A stretch of DNA of 64,000 bases from Girardia tigrina. Its lineage: Eukaryota. A program made the position numbers and the translations under genes. This document shows, one piece after another, positions 26,453-38,150 of the stretch (the first letter of the stretch is position 1; every line of letters begins with the position of its first letter). The DNA lies in assembly GCA_001938485.1 (NCBI GenBank), contig MQRK01214219.1, positions 3,698 to 67,697 on the forward strand. Reading direction: 5' to 3'. Below the pieces are notes generated by a model. That model did no database searches. It was given only the letters and a program-made list of their open reading frames with translations, and was not told the origin of the DNA.

Positions 26453-26789
26453 TATATTTTAATACAGAAAAGGTAAGTTTAGAGTTTAGTATCAAAAACA
26501 TTACTTTCTAAACTTAAAATTTTTTTGAAATAAAAATTGTTCGTTTGTAATGTTGAGTATCTAATATTTTATTATTAACAAATAAATTATTAATAAACAT
26601 TTTTGTTTTAATGAGTAAAATAAGAATTTTATTTACTTTTTAATGTAAATTAATAATATGGATATACAAATAATAAAAAAATGCAAATAGTAACTGTTCC
26701 GCCCGACACTCAGGTTGCCCCGAGAATCGGACGGAGGCAGCAGGGTTGCGCAGGAAACCTTTCTTGATGTGCTGGGCCCATTTTAATTT

Positions 26790-27041
26790 GATCCGACTTA
26801 TGGGATTATTCATATTGGGATTCTCCAATCTCATACAAATGGCAATTAATGATCCTTTGGCATTGACCAATCGATAGATCATTTCATGAGGAAGCGCAAA
26901 TGAAATATCGAAATCTTGACACAAAAATGTCTCGTATTGCAAGAGTGCCAGACAGAGTTGTTCAAGGGCCGACAATTGCATTTCTTCAGCACCAACTCGA
27001 AACCAATTTAATAACAAATAAGGCAACTCGACTTCCTCCAT
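26790..27041 (-). pseudogene. HECTD1: HECTD1 (E3 ubiquitin ligase) N-terminal fragment with internal deletion
   Basis: LLNWFRVGAEEMQLSALEQLCLALL resembles HECTD1 [28 protein letters not shown], and RLVNAKGSLIAICMRLENPNMNNPISR resembles [28 protein letters not shown]. The intervening block is missing and the similarity then stops. Confidence 0.7.
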
Positions 27042-27375
27042 TAATATTTCTTGTTAATGTCAATTTGTCGAAATTAAATCTCCAAAAGAAAAAAGCCAAT
27101 GAATCGATTTTATTAATTTCAATTTTTCATCTTTTAATATCATTTAATCTCATAAAACAAATTCATTTTTTCATTAATCTAATTAATTTCTTAATCATAA
27201 AATAATGTTAATAATAATAATAGTTTTTTTATAAATAATAGTTTTTTTACATTTCTTTTCATATAACCCATAAATTCATTTTTAAATAAAAAACACAATT
27301 AAAATCACACAAAAAAGTTTTGTTTTTCTAGTTTTTTAAAGGCAAATGAGGAAAGCGTAGGATCCATTCAATATT

Positions 27376-27430
<55 letters not shown>

Positions 27431-27669
27431 AATTAATTTGTAATAACAATAAATAAAATAATTGAATCCTGAACAGTAACAATAAATTGAAAAAGTTTAA
27501 AGTAAAAACATAAATTTTAAATATGAATTTATACATAAGACAAAATAATATTACAAAAAGTGTAAAAAAGAAGAAGTTTTCTGTTAGAGAGGTCACAAAT
27601 TATCAAAGGAAACTACAAAAAGTTAAATAAAGAAAGAAAAGAAGGAAATATCAGAGAATTGAATATTAA

Positions 27670-30050
27670 ACTCTTAATTGATTGTCGACCCCAAATTTTG
27701 TTTTCGAAGAATTTTCCGGAAATCGGACATTTCGAAAATTCGACATTCCTCGAGACGGATTTCCGTCTTGGTCACCTCCAAACCTTTCGTTGGATTTGCG
27801 ATCATTACCTTTTTTAAAGATACGTGAGGGGTTTAAGGCTTACATTTCTACATCCGGCCTTTCACTACTCACGTTGCTAGCTTCAATTCGTCTAGCTTTT
27901 TGTACAAGATCCTCAAATCTTTGAAATCTATTAGAATGAACGTATTTCTTATATAATCGTGCACTCGCTCTGGAATTGGTCAAGAATTATGTTCTCCCCA
28001 TTTGTGTTATTGCCAAAAGCCTTATTTGCTAACTTTTGTAATGCGAAGACAAATTCTACAATATTTTCATTTGGTTTCTGAACACGATTTCTAAATGATC
28101 TAGTGTATAACTTAGTTTACTCAGAATCTACAACAATTATGTTTCTCAATGCTAAAATTAAATATTTTATATTTCTTAATTCATCTTTTTTCCAATTATT
28201 ATATGCTTGCAATGTGTACCCTTTTAAATATAATGGAAGTAGTTTAATCATTTCTACTTCTGACAATCCACATGTTGTGGCTAAACTTTTGTAATCATCA
28301 AAATATTTATCAAATTTCTCTGGTAGACCATCAAATGGCTCGACTGGTAAATATTCAAAACTTTTTGTAAACATTCTTGTTAATACTGGAGCTACTTTTT
28401 ACTTTTTCTAAATTTTCTTTTTCTTTATTCTTTTTGTGTGCCATATTTGTTATATTTTGTAATGAACTCACTTTAATCTGTTACTTTAATTCTAATGTAA
28501 ACTCTGGAACAACTGCTTTTAATCCTTAATGATTATCTCAATAAGAATGTTTTATTCGGGTTTCTCCTACTTAACAATCTACTAAGCTAGTTTTTATGAC
28601 AAGCAGGAATATTTTACTTGTGTTTGTGTGTGTGGGGTTACGATGCACAATCTAAAATGGTCGGCACGATTAAACAGAATAACTGTGAATTCTATCGCTT
28701 TAAAACTCAAAGCTACTCGGTCGCTTTTTCAAAATAAACTCAAAAATCAGCGAATTCTATTGCTTCTCAAAATTTTACAACTATATACTCGACCGGAATT
28801 TCCCTTCGGTCAAAATATATAAAAAATGTCTCAATTTAAATATAACCCCCAAATTAAATTAACCCTTCAACTAGATAAAAATTCAATAAACTTTATTTAA
28901 AAAATAAATCAACACAAGTATAGATATATTTCGTAAAAATCAAATATTATATAAAAGACAAATAATATATTCAATGGCACAATTTAACTTTATTTTATTT
29001 AAATTTAATTTGATATTTTTTGGTTCCGGTTCGCGGCACCAGTTTTTGTTGGGTCTACGGGAGACGACGGTAAAATTTTCGATGACCAAAAAAAAATTAT
29101 TTTCGGCTGGTTTGACCGATCTAAGTGGTGGGCTTAGAACGGCAGGTAAATTTATGTAATTTACGAACTTTATCGTTTACTTTTGAGAATTAAATGATAA
29201 CGAATAAAAACGATTTTCAAAATAAAATTTATTAATTATTTACAAATAGTTACAAATATATATATATAAGTAAAAATAGCCAGACATTTTTTGCGTGTTA
29301 TTTAATTTTTGATGGGAGAGTCCACCCTCCGATATCAAAAATCAGTTTAATCATATAATTTTATTTGTAAATATTAAATATGATTTTGAAAAATGCTAAA
29401 CTAGAATTACTAAAAATTTAATTTAATTTCAACTTAAAATAAATATTAATAATAATTAATAATAACCAGAGTTAAATATTCCTTGGCTTAACTACTTCCT
29501 CAAGTTTGATTTAAATAAATGTCAATCTTTCTTTTTCTTCTCAAAATTAAAATTTTCTTCTTTTAATTAAAATGCTTTTCCAATAAAATTTATTTTCAAA
29601 AAAATTTAGGATTCTTCTGGAGGCAAAATTTATAAAGGTTCAACTGCAAATTTTTCACGGATGAATTAATACAGAATTTTCTCTAAGGACCGAAATGTTA
29701 AAAATTTTCTCGGTATTTATCCAGAGGCTAAAATTTTAAAAAATTTCAATTGTTAACTGATTATTTATACGGTCCGATTTTGTGGACTTTAATTGAACAT
29801 TTATTCGGACACTTGTTCTTTGACTCTAATGAGTCACTATAACTGTCCTTTTGGCCTCCAGGCCTAATCTAACTCTAACTTGTTTTATTTAACTTAAAAT
29901 ATAAATAATATAAAATTTTATAATAATATTCACATATTATTTATTTGGTAAATGTAAATAAAAATAATTTAATTTAAATATTTATAAATAATTAAAAAAA
30001 AATAATAGTAGTCAACTATTATTTATTTATATTTTCTTTTTTACCCAACA
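27670..30050 (-). mobile_element. 5' portion of Gypsy LTR retrotransposon: ~1-kb LTR (30050-29047), tRNA-His-like PBS (29041-29026), decayed gag (from 28444)
   Basis: LTR bounded by inverted tgttggg...cccaaca; PBS tggtgccgcgaaccgg resembles the complement of the tRNA-His 3' end; gag motifs VEPFDG...IKLLPLYLKG...FRNRVQKPNENIVEF. Confidence 0.75.
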
Positions 30051-30335
30051 CTAGAAAAGACCTAGAATAGAAGAAGAGATAAATTTTGTCAGGCCAACCT
30101 CATGACATTAGAGCAACTTGAAGATATTTTTCTGCTAAGCATCGTGACTGTTGACGATCAATCACTATTTACCTGACACTAAACAGGAGTCTAAGAAGTG
30201 GGAATTCCAAAAGAAACTTTGTCTAATGTCAAAACGAGCCAGTTTTAATTTTGGGTGTATCCTTCTTCACACAGGAGCGCAATAGTGTACTTAGTTTTCC
30301 ATAGTATTTCTGCTTGTTTCACCATTCTGTAGAAA
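30051..30335. mobile_element. Short mariner (+) and Tc1 N-terminal (-) fragments
   Basis: FLLSIVTVDD...TKQESKKW-like frame; 30245-30335 is similar to 18480-18570. Confidence 0.5.
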
Positions 30336-30420
30336 ATTAATGAAAAATATGACATCTTAGTGCAGTATGCCCACTGTGCATTGTACAGTAAAGTGTCATG
30401 CTCTATTAAAAGATGTGATA

Positions 30421-30840
30421 TAGGGTATGTTCGATTAATCGGTTTAATTAATATTTCGATTAACGATTAATTGATAATTTTGGAACCGATTAATCGATTA
30501 AATTTTTGGTCAAATTAAAAATTATACAAATATAATTTTTAAATATTTTTTATTTAACTATAAGAATAACAACATATAAAAAAATCTAATGTGAAATATT
30601 TCAGTTCATTGTATTGGTTAGGGCATGATCGCTTAATCGGTTTCATCAATATAAAAAAATCAATAAAATTTTTGATTTTGCTCATTTAATAAATATGATC
30701 ATAAAAGCACAAATTATCAATTGTGCTGTCTTTTATGGAAGTACGTAGTTCAGTTACAAATAATCCAGCTGCACATAAACTTCTATCGGCCTCAACTGAA
30801 GTAGAAAGAATGCTTAATAAGGAATTTAAAATTTTGTAGA
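30421..30840 (-). mobile_element. hAT 3' end remnant
   Basis: TAGGG terminus with cgattaatcg subterminal repeats; minus-strand LSTSVEADRSLCAAGLFVTELRTSIKDSTIDNLCF is a hATC motif. Confidence 0.75.
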
Positions 30841-32309
30841 TATTACATTATGATATAATTATTCAACTAACACAACATTTTATTATAGGTTATGTCTTTA
30901 TATATCACTATATGAAGTGAAGTCATGGTGTGATGAAAAATAAAAAAGAACAGAGAATATAGTCTAATTATTTGTAATTATGTTATAATTTTAGTGATTG
31001 ATTTTATATACACTGTGAGGGAAAATTCGGAATGTTGTAAGTTTTTTGTTTGCATACTGTTTAGATTTGTGACTCTCCTACTCAGATGGGGTTGATATGT
31101 TATTGACTGATTGTTTGAATATGATGAAATTAATTTAATGGGATTAATTTTTAAATACTAATTAATTAAAGTTTTATAATTATAAATTTTAATAATATTT
31201 TTAGTAAACGATTTTAACTTATTAAATTTAATATATTTTAAAAATAATTGATTATTTAAAAATTACTCAATGCTTTTTTATCCAATAAAATTTTGAGAAA
31301 TTAAAAGTTAATATTAAAATTTTCCCATTATTTGACTTTTTAGATTTGAATACATAAACAAAAACTATATCAATCAAAGAAAGATGCTTACTGAGAATGG
31401 TTGTGGAGAATCTGTTTGTGTTGTTAATAAATGTTTACACTCAAATTGTGATGTTGTTAATATACATTACATTTTATTATCACAACATCAAAATATAAAT
31501 ATAATAAATAGAAAAAATATTTTTAAAAACCAAGCTCAAGATAAATATTTATTTAAAATTTTATATTAATTAAATATAACAATATTTTTAAAAACAACTA
31601 TTCCATATTGAGTAGATATAAATAATTTATTAAAACAAAAATTTTTGGATAATGGAAATATAAATAAACAAAAAAAATTAAACTGAGTTTGAAAATAATT
31701 AAAATAAACTTTAACTGGAAAATAGTTTCAGTTTTAAAATTTATTGACATTTGGTGATCTTTTGAATAATGTAATGTTGCTTAGAATATTATTTAATTGA
31801 AATGAATTTCTGAGATTACAGAGTAAAATTAATAAAAAATGAAAATAAAATCTAACATAAATTAATAAATATTAAACAAATAATCAAATTGTGCATGTGA
31901 GAAAATTTTTTGAATGGTGTTAATTGGATGTTGTTTGGTATGTTGTTTGAGGATTGTGTTTCTCCCACACAGATGGAAGATTGATACTTTAAATATTTAA
32001 AACAATGGATTATTTAATCAATTTTAAAAGTTAAATAACCAACTTGGAAATTAAATTAATATATAAATAATATATTAAAAATATTTTTCTTAAAATAAAT
32101 AAAAATTATTTTTTAATTTAAATCATAAATTATTTTGTATTTGAATTGTAAATAAAATTGTACTTTAAATTTGTTTGAACAATAAAACTTTTAGAAATAT
32201 TATTAAAAAGTTTATCAATCTAGAACGATGATTAGGTACGTAAGTTTTGTGGAAAATTGTCCTAGTGGCAATTTAAGTTGTGATACTAATAAATATATTG
32301 AAAATTCAA

Positions 32310-33332
32310 TTCTTCTTTTCTTTCTTTTTGACATTAGACGCCACATCTCTATTTTTAGCCTCACTTCTCAGACATTCGAAGTTCAATCAACTCCATTCTT
32401 TTAAATCGTCTGTCCATTGCCTATTTGGTCTTCTTCTTGGTCTTTATCCTTCCACTCTTCCTTCAATCATAACCTTTGCTACCGCTTGTTTTATTATTTG
32501 ATTTCCGTAGAATTTCAGCTTCCTTTTTTGATAATCTCTTCTATTGATTCCGGTTTTTTACCTAGTATTTCTGTCACTCTCCTAGACAAATTCGTTTGTC
32601 TTTTTTTCTTTCCAAGTGATCTTCAGCATTCTCCTGTAGCACTTCATTTCAAACTCTTTAAGTCTATCCATGCTCTTTTGATTTATTGTCCAACTCTAGT
32701 ATTCATAGATGAGTGTTGCCCATACAATAACCTTAGTTGTCTTTATTCTGCTCTTGAGATTGATTTCTTTGAGGTTAAAAACTGTACTAAGTTTAATCAT
32801 TGCGTTTGTTGCAATACCAATCCGGCTTTTGATTTATTCTTCAGTTCCCCTATTCTCTGTGATAGTAGAACCTAAGTATTTGAAACTCTTAACTTGTTCC
32901 AGCTTCTCCCCTTCAATGTTGATCTCGAGTTTAACCTCGTTGTGATGGTTTTTTGAAACCATTATTTTGGTTTTTTATCTCTTGACTTCCAATTCCAAAT
33001 TTCTTTGGCGCTTTGTACAATTTATTTTGAAGTTCCTGAATCTCTGCCTCATCTTTACCGATTAGATCTATGTCGTCAGAAAATAGTAGGTTTCTTATTC
33101 TTGTTCCTCCGCATCTTATTCTAACATCGTCTATATAGTCAATTACTTCCATAACAAATCTTTCATGGAAAAGGTTGAACAGTGTTGGTGAAAGAATGCA
33201 ACCTTGTCTTTCGCCTACTGATGATTTAAACCTGTCACTAAATTGCTCCCGTGTCAACACTTTTGTCTTTGCGTCTTCGTAAAAGCTCTTAATAATTCTT
33301 GCAATATGTTTTTCCATGTTGTGTTGATTCAT
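32310..33332 (-). mobile_element. 5'-truncated RTE-type LINE reverse transcriptase remnant
   Basis: GERQGCILSPTLFNLF, LLFSDDIDL and EQVKSFKYLGS motifs; AAG-rich tail at ~32310-32330. Confidence 0.85.
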
Positions 33333-33985
33333 AGTGTGTTATAGTGGGCCTCCCATCTCTTTCGAATGGTATTGAGCCTCTAGGCTCTTTAGAGGGTCCA
33401 CCCAAACTAAAGAATCACTAGCAGCCCCCCGATAGGCCTCCTACGGGGTAGTATAGTTTCGGTCTCCGAGATCTTTTCGGCTTCCCTGTGAGAAACGACC
33501 ACCCATGGGTTGTATAGCCATGGTTCTGCATACCTTTGACTGTATTCGTGGACTTCGTACAGCCGCGAAAGGGACATCTGAACTCCTCCCTTGCAGTTAG
33601 ATCTGCAATCCTAAAAGTCAGATATGTTTCTTCAGTACCTATCGCTTCTTCCACCGCCGTCGAGATAGTCGGGGGGTCCGTCACGGATTGAATCTGGTTG
33701 CCTGGAATGTTGAGGTTTTCTACGACTCTTTCTTCTGTGGTTGTACTTGTTTATGCTGGTGATAGTACCAAATTTTGATTTGGTTGATGACTTATTTTTT
33801 GAATGGTTGTTACCATGCTTGTCTAATAGAGCGACATGTCGCTCTAATTTAGCAATCTCGGTCTATTGTTTCGAATGGCAGTCATCATGTCGGTCTTATG
33901 GAGCATGTCAATCTAATTAAGCACTGTCACCATATTAGAAGAAATACGGTAGTCATGAATATTTTTATGCTTCCATGGTAGGCAG
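33333..33985 (-). mobile_element. 3' end of zinc-finger non-LTR retrotransposon (copy 3, longest)
   Basis: A post-RT-like segment CLPWKHK...VL...TAIRNNRPRLL, then FRCPFRGCTKSTNTVKGMQNHGYTTHGW and the conserved 3' UTR. Confidence 0.7.
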
Positions 33986-34611
33986 AAATTTTATTTAAAA
34001 ATGTTTGTTCGACATTAGTTTACAAATATATCTCTTTGCCTAATAACATATTATTTCCGACATAAAACAAATTAAAAACTATTTTAAATCCTAGTTCTAA
34101 AATTGAACCAAAACGTAATCATTAAAATATTGTGCCTGAAACACAAAATTAACTTATAAATAAACAAACATTACGAAAATGATTTAATATTAATTATTAA
34201 TTTATGAAAATATTAGAATAAATATCGTAACAACGTAAGATTTTATGAAACTTATTGTTCAAATATCTTTTATTTCAACTAAATAATTTAAGTTATCGTA
34301 TTCAAAATTCCATTTCATTTGAAATAGAGAACATTTAATGTAACTCATCATAATCAATAATTGCAGCCTTTAAATTGATCATTAATCATTAAAAATATTT
34401 ACGAATTTTTTTTGGTAATTATTATAAAATATTTAAAAAAACGAACAAAGAACGATACAAAATTATAATAGAAAAAATTATCATAGAAAAGAAAGAAACT
34501 TTCCGTTTGTTTTACTTCTATGCAAACTGAAAAAAATATGTTTATAAAATGAGAACCGATTTAAAAATGTAATCAAATTTTGATAAAAACAATTTTCAAT
34601 TGAAATCAATC

Positions 34612-34671
34612 ATGACGGACAAGAAACCGAATGAATGGATAATAAGTCTCCTATCAAGATTTGATGCACAA
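34612..34671 (+). CDS. NF1: Neurofibromin exon 1 (MTDKKPNEWIISLLSRFDAQ)
   Basis: Aligns with human MAAHRPVEWVQAVVSRFDEQ; 60 nt; donor gtagat at 34672. Confidence 0.95.
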
Positions 34672-34740
34672 GTAGATTTTCTCGATCAATTTCCATTGAA
34701 TGATTTCATTGCAAATATTTTTTCGATCGCTTTCATTCAG

Positions 34741-34884
34741 CTTCCAATTAAAACTGGCATGTATACGGCTCAATCGTTGCAGAATGTCGAACAAAACAAG
34801 CAATCGTTAATCAATGTCAGCAAATACCGAATGAATTTAGTCATAACGGAATTGACGAAAATTCTACAAAATGTCGATTCAATG
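34741..34884 (+). CDS. NF1: Neurofibromin exon 2 (LPIKTGMY...KILQNVDSM)
   Basis: Acceptor ttcag; 144 nt; aligns with LPIKTGQQ...LINISKYKFSLVISGLTTILKNVNNM; donor gtaaaa. Confidence 0.95.
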
Positions 34885-34962
34885 GTAAAATAAACGATGA
34901 TTCGTTTTTGTTGAAGGAATTTTGTTACGAGTTTTTTTACTGTTTTTTTAAAAATAATTTAG

Positions 34963-35046
34963 CACGTTTACGGAAAAGACGCCGAAAGAAACTTTTGTTA
35001 TTCTCAATTGATTATTTTAGATACTGCGGAAAAATGTTTGAATTCG
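34963..35046 (+). CDS. NF1: Neurofibromin exon 3 (HVYGKDAERNFCYSQLIILDTAEKCLNS)
   Basis: Acceptor tttag; 84 nt; aligns with RIFGEAAEKNLYLSQLIILDTLEKCLAG; donor gttggt. Confidence 0.95.
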
Positions 35047-35409
35047 GTTGGTGAATGACTATTTTATTGATATTTTGAATTTGTTTTAATTGAATTTCGA
35101 TTATGTTTTATTTGTATTATATTTTATATAATATTGAAAAAATAATTTATTTTATTGTATCTAATTATACTGTATTAACAGTGAATACTGAAAATTTAAC
35201 ATTTAATTGACAATTTATTGTTTAAATCAAATTTACGATGTGTTTCTTTCGTTAAAGAATATAATCAGATAGATCTTCCATTAAAAAAATTTAAAACACT
35301 CAAAAACCATAAATTTGTAGTCTATTCTAAAAGATTGAATTCTGATTCGGTGGAATACAAATAAATTGATTCAAAAACAAAACAACTTATTATTTAAAAT
35401 CAAGAATGC

Positions 35410-36115
35410 AATTAAAATCAAATTTTATTGTCGTAATATATTTCGGTGGATTTTCCACCATCTTCAGGCTGAATTAACAACAATTTCGCAAATATATATA
35501 GCAAATTAATGATTATATAATCATATTGTATAATAACTAATTAAATATTTTCAACAAATTCGAAGAGAGACTTGTTTGGACATTAATGGACGGATTAAGT
35601 GATTTAATCAACTCTTTCCCAATAATTTTTAAATTACTGCACAATATTTTAAAATTAGTTGTTTTCACCTCCGATTTACACCCTTCATATGTCCAGCAAT
35701 ATTACTCCCATTACCCAATCATCCTTGCTCCTGATCCGTTTACAGAGATGACGAGACGTATCTCCAATGTATGTAGCGTTGCACCCATTACACGAAAATT
35801 GATAAACCAGATTGGAACATATACTCAAAGGAGTACGAGATTTATTGCTGAACATTCTTTGAATTTTGTAAGGTTTAGAAATGATTTTTAAATTCACATA
35901 AATTGTTAAGTTTTTTATTTTGTACAGTAATTTTATCATTAATTTATTTGTCGGAAATACTATCAGAAAATTCATTAACACAATTGAAAGCAATAATCAT
36001 CACTTACATTTCTTAGAGCAGCTTCAACTATTGTAAATTAAAATCAAATTTTATTGTCGCAATATATTTCGGTGGATTTTCCACTATTTTTAGGCTGAAT
36101 TAACAACAATTTCGC
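35410..36115 (-). mobile_element. Truncated Penelope-like element (GIY-YIG remnant) between 80-bp direct repeats (pseudo-LTR)
   Basis: CSNLVYQFSCNGCNATYIGDTSRHLCKRI; near-identical repeats at 35410-35489 and 36036-36115. Confidence 0.85.
35431..35472 (-). ncRNA. Minimal hammerhead ribozyme motif (Penelope type)
   Basis: The minus strand reads tcagc CTGAAGA t ggtgga-aaa-tccacc GAAA tata tt acga: CUGANGA box, 6-bp stem II, GAAA and a palindromic mini stem III. Stem I is weak in this copy. Confidence 0.7.
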
Positions 36116-36499
36116 TGTCTTATATGTAGAAGAATTCACAGAAAAATTCTGATAAGAATAATCGAGAAAGAAAATATACACAGAAGTTTTTTAAATTTCT
36201 TATTAAGAATTATCTTAATTTATTATTTATTAAAAAATAATAATTTTTTTATTTTTCGAAAAAATCTTATACTTTACTTTTTTGTAAAAACAATTAATAC
36301 AAAATTTTATGCTAAAATATTAATTCAAAATACTTATAATAATCAACATTTATTTTTTAACAAACATATTGAAATAATTTAAAAATTATTAAAAAGAATA
36401 TTTTTACACTCAAAATAATGTTTAAAAAATATTTTTTAAAAAATACCGAAAATTAAATTATGCTACAATATTAAAACTTTTTAATTGTTAAGAACACTG

Positions 36500-37960
36500 A
36501 GACAATTATCGTTTGAATTATCACTAGTATAGCTCTGGAATTCCAACTCGCATTACTGATGTTTAGTATTTTCTGAAACTTGATCAATGTAAAGTGTCCC
36601 TTTTTTTCTAAAAATTGGAACACTCGAGTGAGATGAAACGAAAATTTTATATCATCTCTCCATATCTTCAAGAATTATTTCTGTTCGGTTATCAAACTGC
36701 GTTTTCAGTTGTTCGTACTGCTTCAACAGTTGAGATACGATATTCGATATTTGGCGATTGTGATTTACTTCAGAGATCTTGATCCATCACCAGACGGAGG
36801 ATTTTAACTAATACATGGGGTCTAAAACTGATAAACTGAGGTTTGTTGATGCGTTTCTCTGTGAACATTCGTTGCAATCTTACAATAATACCATTCTTTT
36901 TTTCCAGTGTTAATGCTGGTGGTATCTGCAATAATCATCTGTATTGAATTCCATAGGTGAAATTCATCGAGGATTTTAGAAATTCCTTGAGCAATAGTTT
37001 TTTCCCTGCCATCTATCAAGCCCAGAGCATCAATTTTGATTTATCTTTTTTTGATTTTGAAGGAAGACCAATTGATAATCGATACCATCGATGTGCTTGC
37101 CATCAAAGTGCAAGAACCAACTTTTCATATGCAACTTTTCAATATTTTTTTCCTTCAGCTTGATTGCCTCTTTGATTGTTGACTTGTAAATAACTTGTTG
37201 GCATGGAGTTCTTGTCAATGCATGCACGAGCAAATTGCTTGCATATGTTAGCAGCTTTCCTTGTTGATATTCTTGTAGAGGTCACCAAGTTGACTGCAAT
37301 TTTGCTTTTATGATGTTTTCTTATTGGTTTAGGAGTAGTCTCATCTTCTTCTTTTTGATAGTTTTCATATTAACTGTCTTCAGCCTCAGAAACCAAATCT
37401 CTAAAACCAGGATAATTAAATGATAATTTAGATGACCCATTAGAAAGTTTTTGTCTTTTAGAGGGATGGATTGTTTCTTTACTGGCCGCTTCGCCTGTAG
37501 AGTATCCCACTGTTCTTTTGCTTTCCACTTGGAGATGGTACAATCGCTTGTCCTCAGAAGATAACCATGTTCCATCAACTTTAGTAGTATCAAAAATTTC
37601 ACAAAGCGGTTCTTAGCTTTCCCATTTGACATATTAATCATACCATTTAAGTATTTCATCAAGCTTTGCTCATATAACTTGTTCAGATACATAAGGAAAA
37701 CTCAGTTTATTCTTCCACAATTTGGGGACTTCTTTGGAAATTTCCGCTATTCGCTCCTTTCTTCCCCTGATTTTTAGTACAAGGAAAGGCTAGCGTCCGA
37801 TAATTTGCTTCTAGAAATGCATTCTGCACTTTCTTTCCATTGAATATTCTTCCGAAGGGACCATTCTTCTTTTAAGAGAGTTTGAATTTTACCAGATTTG
37901 TCCAGACATCCATGTTCTTCTGAATGATACTTGTACGATGCCATGTGTAGCTTATGCAAT
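36500..37960 (-). mobile_element. Decayed DDE transposase (LHFDGK...IIADTTSINTG family; superfamily not assigned)
   Basis: Frames WFLHFDGKHIDGIDYQLV and KTIAQGISKILDEFHLWNSIQMIIADTTSINTG; many frameshifts. Confidence 0.7.
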
Positions 37961-37994
37961 AACTATAAAATTAGATGAGCAGCTACATGTATAC

Positions 37995-38150
37995 AGTCTA
38001 AAATGTTCTAGAATATTCCAGAATGCTCCAAATTATTCTAAATTGTTCTAGAATATTTTTAATTGTTCCAGAATGTTCTAGAATGATCTATAGTCTTCAA
38101 AATTTTTCTGAAATATTCTAAAATATTCTAAAGTTCTAAACACTTCTAAT
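37995..38150. repeat. 10-bp minisatellite (aatgttctag-like)
   Basis: Repeated aatgttctag / aatattccag / attgttctag units. Confidence 0.8.

Noticed and set aside
32280-32945. Plus-strand hydrophobic ORFs (32280, 32417, 32709)
   Set aside because: They are antisense shadows of the minus-strand RTE reverse transcriptase remnant.
33345-33405. LINE 3' UTR three-way junction as a hammerhead ribozyme
   Set aside because: All three copies have CTAAAGA rather than CTGANGA and lack GAAA after stem II.
34600-34893. The 97-aa ORF as a single-exon small protein
   Set aside because: It is NF1 exon 1, the in-frame intron 1 and exon 2. The real start is ATG 34612 and splice sites match conserved NF1 positions.
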